A DNA stretch of 64,000 bases from Ignavibacteria bacterium (GTDB lineage: Bacteria > Bacteroidota > Ignavibacteria > Tepidaquicellales > OLB5). Position numbers and translations under genes: made by a program. The stretch spans positions 20,365-84,364 of the forward strand of contig JAUQWS010000071.1 of NCBI GenBank assembly GCA_030835025.1, in the 5' to 3' direction. The notes beneath the pieces are model-generated. The model was not told the origin of the DNA and did not search any database. It worked only from the letters and a program-made list of their open reading frames with translations. Positions 43,499-52,064 of this stretch are shown here, in pieces; position 1 is the first letter of the stretch, and the number at the start of each line of letters is the position of its first letter.

Positions 43499-44644
43499 AT
43501 GCTGCCTGATCACGATAGTATACGCAGACAATTCCCTTTTTTGGAGAAGTTCATCTATCTTGATTCGGCTCATTACACGCCCTATCCAAAAAGATCAGTC
43601 GATAAGATAAAGGAATTCATTGATACATTTACGAATGATTATCTTAACCTTAGCCTGGTAAACATTAATAGATCCCGTGAGCTAAGGGGAACCTGCGCCA
43701 GGCTCATCAATGCCGCTCCCGAAGATATAGTCATTACCTCAAATACTACACACGGAATTAATCTGATCGCAAACGGAGTTGAACTTGAGTCCGGCAAGAA
43801 TAATGTCGCAATGCTCGATTCCGAATTTCCTGCTGTTGTTTATCCTTGGCTGAACCGCGAAAAGCTTGGGAAAGCAAATGTTATGCTTATTCCTTCTAAT
43901 AAAGGATATGCAAATGAGGCTCTTATCAAACGCACGCTTATGGAATACGATATCAGGGTATTTACCATCAGTTATGTGCAATTCCTTGGTTACCGTCACA
44001 ACATCCGCAGCCTCTCTGATTTCTGCCGCAAGCATAATATCATACTTGCTGTTGATGCAATACAGGCCACGGGTGTTTGCCCGGTGGATGTTGAAGAAAT
44101 GGGAATTGATTTCCTGAGCACGGGAAATCAGAAATGGCTTATGTCACCGGCCGGACTAGGATTTACCTACATTTCTAAGAAATACAGGGAGTTTATAAAT
44201 CCAACTTACGTTGGTACAACAAACGTAAATTATGATTTCGATAATTTTCTGGATTATAAGCTGGATTTCAAATCCGGAGGGGAGGCGTACGAAAACTCAA
44301 CGCTTAACACTCTCGCAATGATAGGTACAGACGAAGCCATCAAATTCTTTATGGAGCTTGGGGTAGAAAATATATTCCGGCACATACTTGAAATCCAGGA
44401 CAGGCTCATCGAGTTGCTGGATAGATCAAAATACAAAGTTGAAAGCGATCTCTCACCAAACCACCGCTCAAATATATTGATATTTTCTCATGTTAATATC
44501 AATCGCAATAAAGAAATCCAGAAATCACTCGAAGAAAAGAAGATCTATATTGCTGTACGTGAAGGGTATCTAAGGGTCTCTCCGCATATATACAACAACC
44601 CGGGGGATGCAGAGCTTCTTGCCTCAGAGCTTAATGCCCTGTAA
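43499..44644 (+). CDS. Class V aminotransferase / cysteine-desulfurase-family PLP enzyme
   Basis: 381 aa. The N-terminus reads IRRQFPFLEKFIYLDSA. The Lys-containing segment is DFLSTGNQKWLMSPAGLGFTYI. The gene starts 1 nt after the preceding stop. Confidence 0.75.
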   Translation: MLPDHDSIRRQFPFLEKFIYLDSAHYTPYPKRSVDKIKEFIDTFTNDYLNLSLVNINRSRELRGTCARLINAAPEDIVITSNTTHGINLIANGVELESGKNNVAMLDSEFPAVVYPWLNREKLGKANVMLIPSNKGYANEALIKRTLMEYDIRVFTISYVQFLGYRHNIRSLSDFCRKHNIILAVDAIQATGVCPVDVEEMGIDFLSTGNQKWLMSPAGLGFTYISKKYREFINPTYVGTTNVNYDFDNFLDYKLDFKSGGEAYENSTLNTLAMIGTDEAIKFFMELGVENIFRHILEIQDRLIELLDRSKYKVESDLSPNHRSNILIFSHVNINRNKEIQKSLEEKKIYIAVREGYLRVSPHIYNNPGDAELLASELNAL

Positions 44645-44672
44645 TTGCATTTCTTCACCCCTCCAATTTGAG

Positions 44673-44680
44673 TAATTTTG
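44673..44680 (+). promoter_or_regulatory. Bacteroidetes-type -7 promoter box (TAnnTTTG)
   Basis: taattttg lies 23 bp upstream of the ATG at 44703. Confidence 0.35.
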
Positions 44681-44702
44681 TTATAATCTAAATTCTAATG
44701 CT

Positions 44703-45092
44703 ATGTCCTACCATAATTCCAAAACAGTAAGCACTTCATTTGAAGATACTATTGTAAAAGTAACAGAAGAACTCAAAAAAGAAGGCTTCGGTATACTGAC
44801 AGAGATCGATGTAAAAGAAACTCTGAAAAAAAAGATCGATGTCGATTTCAGGAAATATCGCATACTTGGTGCCTGCAATCCGCCGCTTGCTTACAAAGCA
44901 CTCAGCGAAGAAGAGAATATCGGTGTAATGCTTCCATGCAACGTAATTGTACAGGAAAAAGAAGGCGGTGTTGTTCAGGTTTCGGCAATTAATCCGATGG
45001 AATCAATGAAGTCAGTCGCAAACCCCAGGCTTGAAGAAGTTGCTGCCACTGTAAGCAGCAAGCTGGCAAACGTGATAAAGAATCTAAATTAA
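44703..45092 (+). CDS. DUF302 domain protein
   Basis: 129 aa. It shows the family pattern GFGILTEIDVKETLKKK...YRILGACNP. Confidence 0.8.
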   Translation: MSYHNSKTVSTSFEDTIVKVTEELKKEGFGILTEIDVKETLKKKIDVDFRKYRILGACNPPLAYKALSEEENIGVMLPCNVIVQEKEGGVVQVSAINPMESMKSVANPRLEEVAATVSSKLANVIKNLN

Positions 45093-45102
45093 AACACAAC
45101 AA

Positions 45103-46272
45103 TTGGCAAAAGTATTTCTGAAGAAGAACGAGGATCGCAGGATCCGCATGGGGCATTATTGGGTTTTCAGCAATGAAATAGGTAAGACCGACGGAAATCC
45201 GGAAACCGGAGATATAATCGAGCTTCGCGATACAAGCGGTGAGAGAATGGGCTCAGGATTCTATAATAAAAACTCCCTCATAACTCTGCGCCTGCTGCAC
45301 AAAAGTTATGAAGGTGATTTCGGAGCCTATGCAAAAAAGATGATCCTTCAGGCATACGAGCTTCGCAAAGCCCTCTATCCGAACCGGAATTCATATCGGC
45401 TAGTCTTCAGCGAAAGTGATTATTTGCCCGGATTAATCATCGATAAGTATAATGATACATATGTGCTCCAGGTCTATTGTTTTGGCATGCAGTCAAATCT
45501 GAAGGATGTTGTAAAAGTGCTTCAGGAGAAACTTGGAGCAAAAAATATTTTCACCCGCAACGAAAAATATTTCAGAAAACTTGAAGGGCTCCCCGAAACC
45601 GACGAAATACTCCTCGGAGAAATTGGCACGGAAACAATAGAAGACGGGAAGATAAAATACAGAATAGAATTTGCTGATTCGCAAAAAACAGGATTCTATT
45701 TTGATCAGGCTGATAACAGGGAGTTTACAGAAAGACTCGTGAATGGAAAAACAGTTCTTGATGCATTCTGCAATTCCGGCGGTTTCGGTCTTCATGCTGC
45801 TAAGGGGGGAGCTTCATTTGTTACTTTTATGGATTCATCTGACTCTGAGATCAAAAATGTCCGCGATAATATCAAGCTGAATGAAATAACTGCAGAAACA
45901 GAATTCGTAGTCTCAGATATATTTGTTTATCTTGAAAAATGCATAGCGGCAAACAGGAAATACGACGTAGTTATGATAGATCCGCCTGCCTTTGCAAAAA
46001 GCAGGAAGAGTATTCCCACAGCATTAAAGGGCTATGCCAAACTGAACAAGCTTGCAATAGAATGCGTAAGTCCAAATGGATTTTTGGTGACTTCTTCATG
46101 CTCTCATCACATAAGTTCAGAAGATTTCCTGAGCTCAGTCAACACCGCAGCATTCAAAGCGGAAAGACAGATACAGCTAGTTTACTTCAATTCAGCAGCA
46201 CTTGACCACCCAAAACTTCCTTCTATGGAAGAGACTTCTTACCTGAAGTTTGCAGTTTTCAGAGTGATCTAA
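45103..46272 (+). CDS. Class I SAM-dependent rRNA methyltransferase, RlmI-like (PUA + MTase)
   Basis: 389 aa with a TTG start. The PUA-like N-terminus reads RIRMGHYWVFSNEI. The SAM site is VLDAFCNSGGFGLHAA and motif IV is VMIDPPAFAKS. Confidence 0.85.
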   Translation: MAKVFLKKNEDRRIRMGHYWVFSNEIGKTDGNPETGDIIELRDTSGERMGSGFYNKNSLITLRLLHKSYEGDFGAYAKKMILQAYELRKALYPNRNSYRLVFSESDYLPGLIIDKYNDTYVLQVYCFGMQSNLKDVVKVLQEKLGAKNIFTRNEKYFRKLEGLPETDEILLGEIGTETIEDGKIKYRIEFADSQKTGFYFDQADNREFTERLVNGKTVLDAFCNSGGFGLHAAKGGASFVTFMDSSDSEIKNVRDNIKLNEITAETEFVVSDIFVYLEKCIAANRKYDVVMIDPPAFAKSRKSIPTALKGYAKLNKLAIECVSPNGFLVTSSCSHHISSEDFLSSVNTAAFKAERQIQLVYFNSAALDHPKLPSMEETSYLKFAVFRVI

Positions 46273-46403
46273 ATTCAGCCATTAAAATCTCCTCCCCAAG
46301 CTCCGGCTTCGGGACATTGGTTATCAATAGCCTACGTTTTATTACTTTTTATATTGAAACATTACCCTTATTTTGAGCATCAAATCAATAAAAAAGCGCA
46401 GAA

Positions 46404-47510
46404 ATGAGTAAATATCCTCCGATTTATTATTCGGACTACCTTCAATTGGATAGCCTTTTGAGTTCGCAAAAACCCAAAAGTGACGAATATGGCCACAAAG
46501 CGCACGATGAAATGCTTTTCATTATCGTACACCAGGCATATGAACTTTGGTTCAAGCAAATACTGCATGAAATTGATTCTATTAACCAAATGTTCACCGA
46601 TGATACTGTTGATGAAAAAAGTATCGGTATCGCTGCCTCACGACTCGGCAGAATTACAGAAATTCAGAAGCTTCTTATTGAGCAATTGAGAGTGCTTGAA
46701 ACCATGACACCGCTTGATTTCCTCGAGTTCCGCGATTTTCTCATCCCTGCATCCGGATTCCAAAGCTTCCAGTTCCGCCTTATCGAAAATAAACTTGGTC
46801 TGTCCGATGACAAACGTATCCAATACAATAACGTAGATTACCTAAAGACACTGGAAGAGCCTCATAGAAAGCTTATCATGGATACCGTGAACAAACCTTC
46901 GCTCATTGAGCTCGTAACCAGGTGGCTGGAACGTACACCGTTTTTAAATTCAGAAAACTTCAATTTCTGGAACAGCTACAAAGAAGCGGTTGAAAAAATG
47001 ATGGAAAATGACAGGAAGATAATATTGGAGAATAAAACTCTTACCGAAAAGAAAAGAGAATTTCAGTTAAAGAATATTGAACTTACTAAAGAGAACTTTG
47101 ATGCACTCTTCGATGAGCAAAAGCATAACGGGCTTGTTAAAGAAGGTAAGAGGCATTTATCCAATAAGGCAATGCTTGCGGCTATCTTCATAAATCTCTA
47201 CAGGGATGAACCGATCCTGCATTTGCCGTATATGTTCCTTAACCTGCTTGTTGAAATGGATGAACAGTTTACGGAGTGGCGCTATCGGCATGCGCTAATG
47301 GTGCAAAGAATGATAGGAACAAAGATCGGAACAGGCGGTTCATCGGGTCACCAGTACCTTATGTCAACTGTTGATAAACACAGGGTTTTTACTGATCTCT
47401 TTAACCTTTCAACTTATCTGATACCAAGATCAGAGCTCCCGAAGCTGCCTGAAGAGTTATTGAATGAACTTGGATTTAATTTTACAGGCGGAGCAGGGCA
47501 CTTAAAATGA
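46404..47510 (+). CDS. kynA: Tryptophan 2,3-dioxygenase
   Basis: 368 aa. Motifs seen: YSDYLQLDSLLSSQ, HDEMLFIIVHQAYELWFKQ, FRDFLIPASGFQSFQFR, and the proximal-His region WRYRHALMVQRMIGTKIGTGGSSG. Confidence 0.92.
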   Translation: MSKYPPIYYSDYLQLDSLLSSQKPKSDEYGHKAHDEMLFIIVHQAYELWFKQILHEIDSINQMFTDDTVDEKSIGIAASRLGRITEIQKLLIEQLRVLETMTPLDFLEFRDFLIPASGFQSFQFRLIENKLGLSDDKRIQYNNVDYLKTLEEPHRKLIMDTVNKPSLIELVTRWLERTPFLNSENFNFWNSYKEAVEKMMENDRKIILENKTLTEKKREFQLKNIELTKENFDALFDEQKHNGLVKEGKRHLSNKAMLAAIFINLYRDEPILHLPYMFLNLLVEMDEQFTEWRYRHALMVQRMIGTKIGTGGSSGHQYLMSTVDKHRVFTDLFNLSTYLIPRSELPKLPEELLNELGFNFTGGAGHLK

Positions 47511-48295
47511 ATATTGATCTAACAGGAAAGAATGCAGTAGTTTGCGGAAGTACTCAGGGCATCGGCAGGGCAATTGCCATACAGTTCGCTGCATGTGGTG
47601 CCAATATTGTGCTCGTTGCAAGAAACGAAGAGTCTATACGTATTGTGCTGCGCGAACTGGATTCAACAAAGAAACAGAATCATAACTTCATTGTGGCTGA
47701 TTTTTCACAGCCCGAAGAGCTGAGGAATAAAATGAAGAATTTTGTTTCTGAAAATCCGCCCGTGCATATTTTGGTGAATAATACCGGCGGACCTAAGGGC
47801 GGCGAAATTCATAAAGCTGAAACTTCTGAATTCGAAAATGCTTTCCGCAATCATTTGATATGCAACCAGATAATGGTTCAATCAGTCATAGAAGGCATGA
47901 AAACGGCCAAATACGGCAGAATTTTGAACATTATTTCGACTTCCGTTAAGCAGCCAATTAAGAACTTGGGAGTATCTAACACTATCCGGGCTGCTGTTGC
48001 GAACTGGTCAAAAACGCTTTCTGTTGAGCTTGCTCCATTTGGGATTACAGTGAACAACATTCTACCGGGAGCAACAAAAACTGAGAGACTTAATTCACTG
48101 TTTGAATCCAGAGCCAAGGCAAGCGGCAAGTCCGTTGATGAGATCAAATCAGAATGGCTTGGAGAGATTCCTTCAGGCAGATTTGCTGAACCCGAAGAGC
48201 TTGCTTATGCAGCTGCATTCCTGGCTTCACCGCTGGCCGGGTATATTAACGGCATAAATCTTCCCGTTGATGGCGGCAGGCTTAATTGTTTGTAA
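47507..48295 (+). CDS. Short-chain dehydrogenase/reductase (SDR) family protein with a non-canonical active site
   Basis: 262 aa. The cofactor motifs are GSTQGIGRAIA and NNTGG. An ungapped comparison with my recollection of E. coli FabG, from GRI.. to ..GITVN, places Ser157/Arg161 (VSNTIRAAV) where YxxxK is expected. An ATGA overlap links it to kynA. Confidence 0.85.
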   Translation: MNIDLTGKNAVVCGSTQGIGRAIAIQFAACGANIVLVARNEESIRIVLRELDSTKKQNHNFIVADFSQPEELRNKMKNFVSENPPVHILVNNTGGPKGGEIHKAETSEFENAFRNHLICNQIMVQSVIEGMKTAKYGRILNIISTSVKQPIKNLGVSNTIRAAVANWSKTLSVELAPFGITVNNILPGATKTERLNSLFESRAKASGKSVDEIKSEWLGEIPSGRFAEPEELAYAAAFLASPLAGYINGINLPVDGGRLNCL

Positions 48296-48366
48296 AATGA
48301 ACCGGTACACCTGCCCGGTTTACAGAACCCGGCAGATATATAATACGATAAATAAAACAACACAAA

Positions 48367-48669
48367 ATGCTAGTATACAACGTAACAATTAATGTAGATG
48401 ACGACATCCATGACCAGTGGGTGGACTGGATTACTTCGGAACATATACCCGATGTTATTGCAACAAAATGCTTTAAGAATTACTCAATGCACAGAATGCT
48501 TTCGCCGGAACCCGAAGAAGGCACAACATATGTTATACAATATGTTTGTGATAGTGTGGAAGATTACGAACGATATCAGATCGAGCATGCCGCGCTCCTG
48601 CAGAATGCACACAAAGAGAAGTTCGACGGAAAGTTCACTGCGATAAGATCACTTATGGAAGAGGTCTGA
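48367..48669 (+). CDS. DUF4286 family protein
   Basis: 100 aa. The N-terminus MLVYNVTINVDDDIHDQWVDWITSEHIPDVIATKCF matches the DUF4286 pattern. Confidence 0.75.
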   Translation: MLVYNVTINVDDDIHDQWVDWITSEHIPDVIATKCFKNYSMHRMLSPEPEEGTTYVIQYVCDSVEDYERYQIEHAALLQNAHKEKFDGKFTAIRSLMEEV

Positions 48670-48707
48670 GACTGTAATTTCTGAATATCAATACTATTTT
48701 ACTTTGA

Positions 48708-48896
48708 ATGAGCAGCGAAGAAAAGGACATGTCAGGTATTGATGACGGGAAGAATGCAGAAGATATCAAAAAACAGCTCGATAAGCTTCAGGTTTGCCCG
48801 TATTGCCAGGGAATAGTTGAGCTCGTTTGGGTACACGGACACTATCAGTGCCCGAGGTGCAAAAGCGTTGTTGTAAGCTGCTGCGGAGAGAGTTGA
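48708..48896 (+). CDS. Small zinc-ribbon protein (hypothetical)
   Basis: 62 aa. The CPYC-x16-CPRC arrangement is followed by a C-terminal SCCGES. It sits in a co-directional gene string. Confidence 0.5.
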   Translation: MSSEEKDMSGIDDGKNAEDIKKQLDKLQVCPYCQGIVELVWVHGHYQCPRCKSVVVSCCGES

Positions 48897-48940
48897 ACAA
48901 TTAGGAATTATGAATTAATAATTACGAATTTCTCAAGATA

Positions 48941-50377
48941 TTGGTAAAGAATTACATAAATGGTGAGCTTCGCGAGGCTGTTTCCGGGGAATACTTTGAT
49001 AACTTCGATCCTTCTACATCTGAAGCTTATGGCATTGTTCCGGATTCCGACGAGCGCGATATAGAGCTTGCTGTTGAAGCCGCTGAAAGTGCTTTCCCTA
49101 TGTGGTCAGCAACTCCGGCAGCGGAACGCTCGAAGCTGTTGATGAAAATCGCTTCGCTCATTGAGCGCGATCTGGCGGAGTTTGCCAGAGCCGAGTGCGT
49201 TGATAACGGAAAACCGCTGCATCTTGCCAGAACTATTGACATTCCGCGTGCTATCAGGAATTTTGAGTTCTTTGCTTCTGCAATTCACGGCTTTTCAAGT
49301 GAATCACACACCATGGAAGACGGCACAGTTAACTATACTCTTCGCAGTCCTATCGGAGTTATTGGGGCAATTTCACCATGGAACCTGCCATTGTACCTTT
49401 TCACGTGGAAAATCGCACCGGCGTTAATCACTGGGAATTGCGTTGTTGCTAAGCCATCAGAAATTACTCCGATGACCGCTTATCTGCTTTCCGAAGCATG
49501 CATTGAGGCAGGATTGCCAAAGGGCGTGTTGAATATTGTTCACGGTTACGGACATAAAGTCGGCAGGGCGATCAGCCTTCATCCGAAGATAAAGGCAATT
49601 ACATTCACCGGTGGTACCAAAACGGGGGCTGAAATAGCCTCCATAGCTGCTCCTATGTTCAAAAAGCTTTCGCTTGAGCTTGGCGGGAAAAATCCCAATA
49701 TAATATTTGCAGATTGCGATTATGGCAGGATGCTTGAAACAACTGTTCAGTCGTCTTTCCGTAATCAGGGAGAAATATGTCTTTGCGGCTCAAGGATATT
49801 CATTCAAAAACCAATATATGATAAGTTCAAAAAAGATCTTGTTGAAAGAACTAAGAAGCTTGTGATCGGTGATCCGCTTGAGACAGGTACTGATCAGGGA
49901 GCAATAGTTTCGTCTCAGCATATGGAAAAAGTTTTATCATATATTGAGCTTGCCAGGACCGAAGGCGGCAAAATCCTATGCGGCGGAAGCAGGTTCATTC
50001 CCGAAGGAAGATGCAAAGACGGCTGGTTCATTGAACCGACTGTGATTGAAGGTCTCCCGTACAATTGCAGAACTAATCAGGAAGAGATATTCGGACCGGT
50101 TGTGACTTTGATACCCTTCGAGACGGAGGAGGATGCCCTGATGATGGCAAACAGTAGTGAATATGGTTTGGCCTCTATTATATGGACAGAAAACCTGACA
50201 CGCGCTCACAGAGTTGCGGCTAAAATTGAAACCGGCATTGTTTGGATCAATTGCTGGATGGTGCGTGATCTGCGCACTCCGTTCGGCGGGATGAAATCAA
50301 GCGGCATTGGGCGCGAAGGCGGAACCGAGGCGTTAAGGTTCTTCACCGAACCCAAAAATGTTTGCGTGAAGTTATGA
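48941..50377 (+). CDS. NAD(P)-dependent aldehyde dehydrogenase (possibly of the 2-hydroxy/2-aminomuconate-semialdehyde dehydrogenase type; subfamily not resolvable by eye)
   Basis: 478 aa with a TTG start. Motifs seen: NYINGE, the catalytic Glu motif ELGGKNP, the catalytic Cys motif GEICLCGSR, and EEIFGPV. Confidence 0.88.
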   Translation: MVKNYINGELREAVSGEYFDNFDPSTSEAYGIVPDSDERDIELAVEAAESAFPMWSATPAAERSKLLMKIASLIERDLAEFARAECVDNGKPLHLARTIDIPRAIRNFEFFASAIHGFSSESHTMEDGTVNYTLRSPIGVIGAISPWNLPLYLFTWKIAPALITGNCVVAKPSEITPMTAYLLSEACIEAGLPKGVLNIVHGYGHKVGRAISLHPKIKAITFTGGTKTGAEIASIAAPMFKKLSLELGGKNPNIIFADCDYGRMLETTVQSSFRNQGEICLCGSRIFIQKPIYDKFKKDLVERTKKLVIGDPLETGTDQGAIVSSQHMEKVLSYIELARTEGGKILCGGSRFIPEGRCKDGWFIEPTVIEGLPYNCRTNQEEIFGPVVTLIPFETEEDALMMANSSEYGLASIIWTENLTRAHRVAAKIETGIVWINCWMVRDLRTPFGGMKSSGIGREGGTEALRFFTEPKNVCVKL

Positions 50378-50402
50378 AAAATTCTGAACCTGTACAGGTA
50401 AT

Positions 50403-52064
50403 ATGATTGGTATTTGCATTGAACTGAAAACATCATGTAAGCATTGCAGCTCACCGCTGATGCTGAACGCCTTTACCGAAAGAATTCTATGCCCATCATG
50501 CAATAAGTATAGCGAGTTCCCCATGGAAACATGGCAGGGACTTCTTGATGATGCAATGAAAGAAGCGCCGAAATTCAAATTGGGCGAGGGTCAGCCTTCC
50601 ACTATTATGCGGGGTGAGAACACTTACTCCCTGATGTATGGCAGGCAGGACCCAAGGTGCAGCAAATGTAAAACCGGAATTGACCTTGAGAGGCTTGAAG
50701 AGTTCAGCTCAAACGGTTCAGCAGTGTGTACAAAATGTTCAAACAAGGTGTTTGTCAGGAAGGCGCCTGCATTTGTTGCCGAATCTTTCAGCGAAGTCAA
50801 ATACCTGGCGGGAGAGAATTCGAACCTGCTTTCCCGGAACGAAAAACCGGCGTCACTGCCGAATTCTGCCAAACCGGTGCTCTTCACCTGTCCCTCATGC
50901 GCGGGGAATCTTGAAATTGACGGCAGTGATAGAATGATTACCTGCAAATTCTGTGAATCACAGATATACCTTCCTGATGACCTCTGGTTCAGGCTCCACC
51001 CCGCAGAATCAGTCGAGCGCTGGTACATGATTGTCGATGAAAACGCCGTTCCGCCGCAGGGTAAGATGCCTGAATGGTATTATTTTGCAGATGTAACGAT
51101 AGATAGAAACGGAAATCTTTACCTTGCTACCGCAGAAGAAGGCGAAGAGGATTTTGTTGTCTGGTCAATAGATAAAGACCTGAATACCCGCTGGATCAAA
51201 AAGGGACTCAAATTCAATTATGAGCATACCGGCATCACAATGACCGGTGACGGCAACCTTTTTCTTTGGGATAAAGAAAAACACTCGCTGCTGAAACTTT
51301 CATCGAAAAACGGGAACGAAATAAGGAAACTGAAAGGCAGTCCTGCAACCAAAGAAGATCCATATGCATTCAACATGCGCGGATGCGGCGCAGTTGTCTC
51401 TGATACAAGCGGAAACATACTTGCTCTTATTAACAATACAATCGCAAGGTTCGATCAGAACGGCAAAAGAATCGAGCTGTGGAGTGGAAAGAAATTTGGT
51501 TTCTTTTCAAGCGGACTCGGTGAAGTCGTTCCTTCGGAGAGCCCCGAGTGGGCACCTTACCTTAAGGAGATAAAAAGCTTTCCAAAAAGAATAAACTCGG
51601 ATTATACCCGGCTCACAATAGGCTGGGATGGATATTTATATATGATGGATAAAAGCTCTTCCGACGGTGAAATTGCTAAATTCGATCATGACGGAACAAA
51701 ACTGTGGTCGAAGTATATTCCTCTTGATTATAAGGACTGCAAGCCATGCCTGGATAAGCACGGTAATATTTATATACTTGGAAGGACAAACAATTCCAAC
51801 ACTAATCTTATCAGGCTTAACAAAGATACGTTTGAATTTGAAACACTCATTAAAGATATCAAAGAAGGCGGATTCCTGAATGAAGAGGATCATTTAGCGG
51901 TATCACCCGAAGGAACAATATACATAATGGATACTTACAATAAACTGAAAGTCTTTTCTCCTCAGATGGAAATGACATTTCGCTCTGCACAGTGCGAAGA
52001 AGATGATGAGCTTGTTAAGAGAAGGAAAAAGGAATCAGTGGAAAATGATGAGGAGTTCTCATGA
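50403..52064 (+). CDS. Hypothetical protein: three N-terminal zinc ribbons plus a C-terminal 6-bladed beta-propeller-like domain
   Basis: 553 aa. Three CxxC...CxxC modules use C12/15/30/33, C86/89/109/112 and C163/166/181/184. Six blade-like repeats follow: DRNGNLYLA, GDGNLFLWD, DTSGNILALI, GWDGYLYMMD, DKHGNIYILG and SPEGTIYIMD. The C-terminus is acidic. Confidence 0.65.
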   Translation: MIGICIELKTSCKHCSSPLMLNAFTERILCPSCNKYSEFPMETWQGLLDDAMKEAPKFKLGEGQPSTIMRGENTYSLMYGRQDPRCSKCKTGIDLERLEEFSSNGSAVCTKCSNKVFVRKAPAFVAESFSEVKYLAGENSNLLSRNEKPASLPNSAKPVLFTCPSCAGNLEIDGSDRMITCKFCESQIYLPDDLWFRLHPAESVERWYMIVDENAVPPQGKMPEWYYFADVTIDRNGNLYLATAEEGEEDFVVWSIDKDLNTRWIKKGLKFNYEHTGITMTGDGNLFLWDKEKHSLLKLSSKNGNEIRKLKGSPATKEDPYAFNMRGCGAVVSDTSGNILALINNTIARFDQNGKRIELWSGKKFGFFSSGLGEVVPSESPEWAPYLKEIKSFPKRINSDYTRLTIGWDGYLYMMDKSSSDGEIAKFDHDGTKLWSKYIPLDYKDCKPCLDKHGNIYILGRTNNSNTNLIRLNKDTFEFETLIKDIKEGGFLNEEDHLAVSPEGTIYIMDTYNKLKVFSPQMEMTFRSAQCEEDDELVKRRKKESVENDEEFS

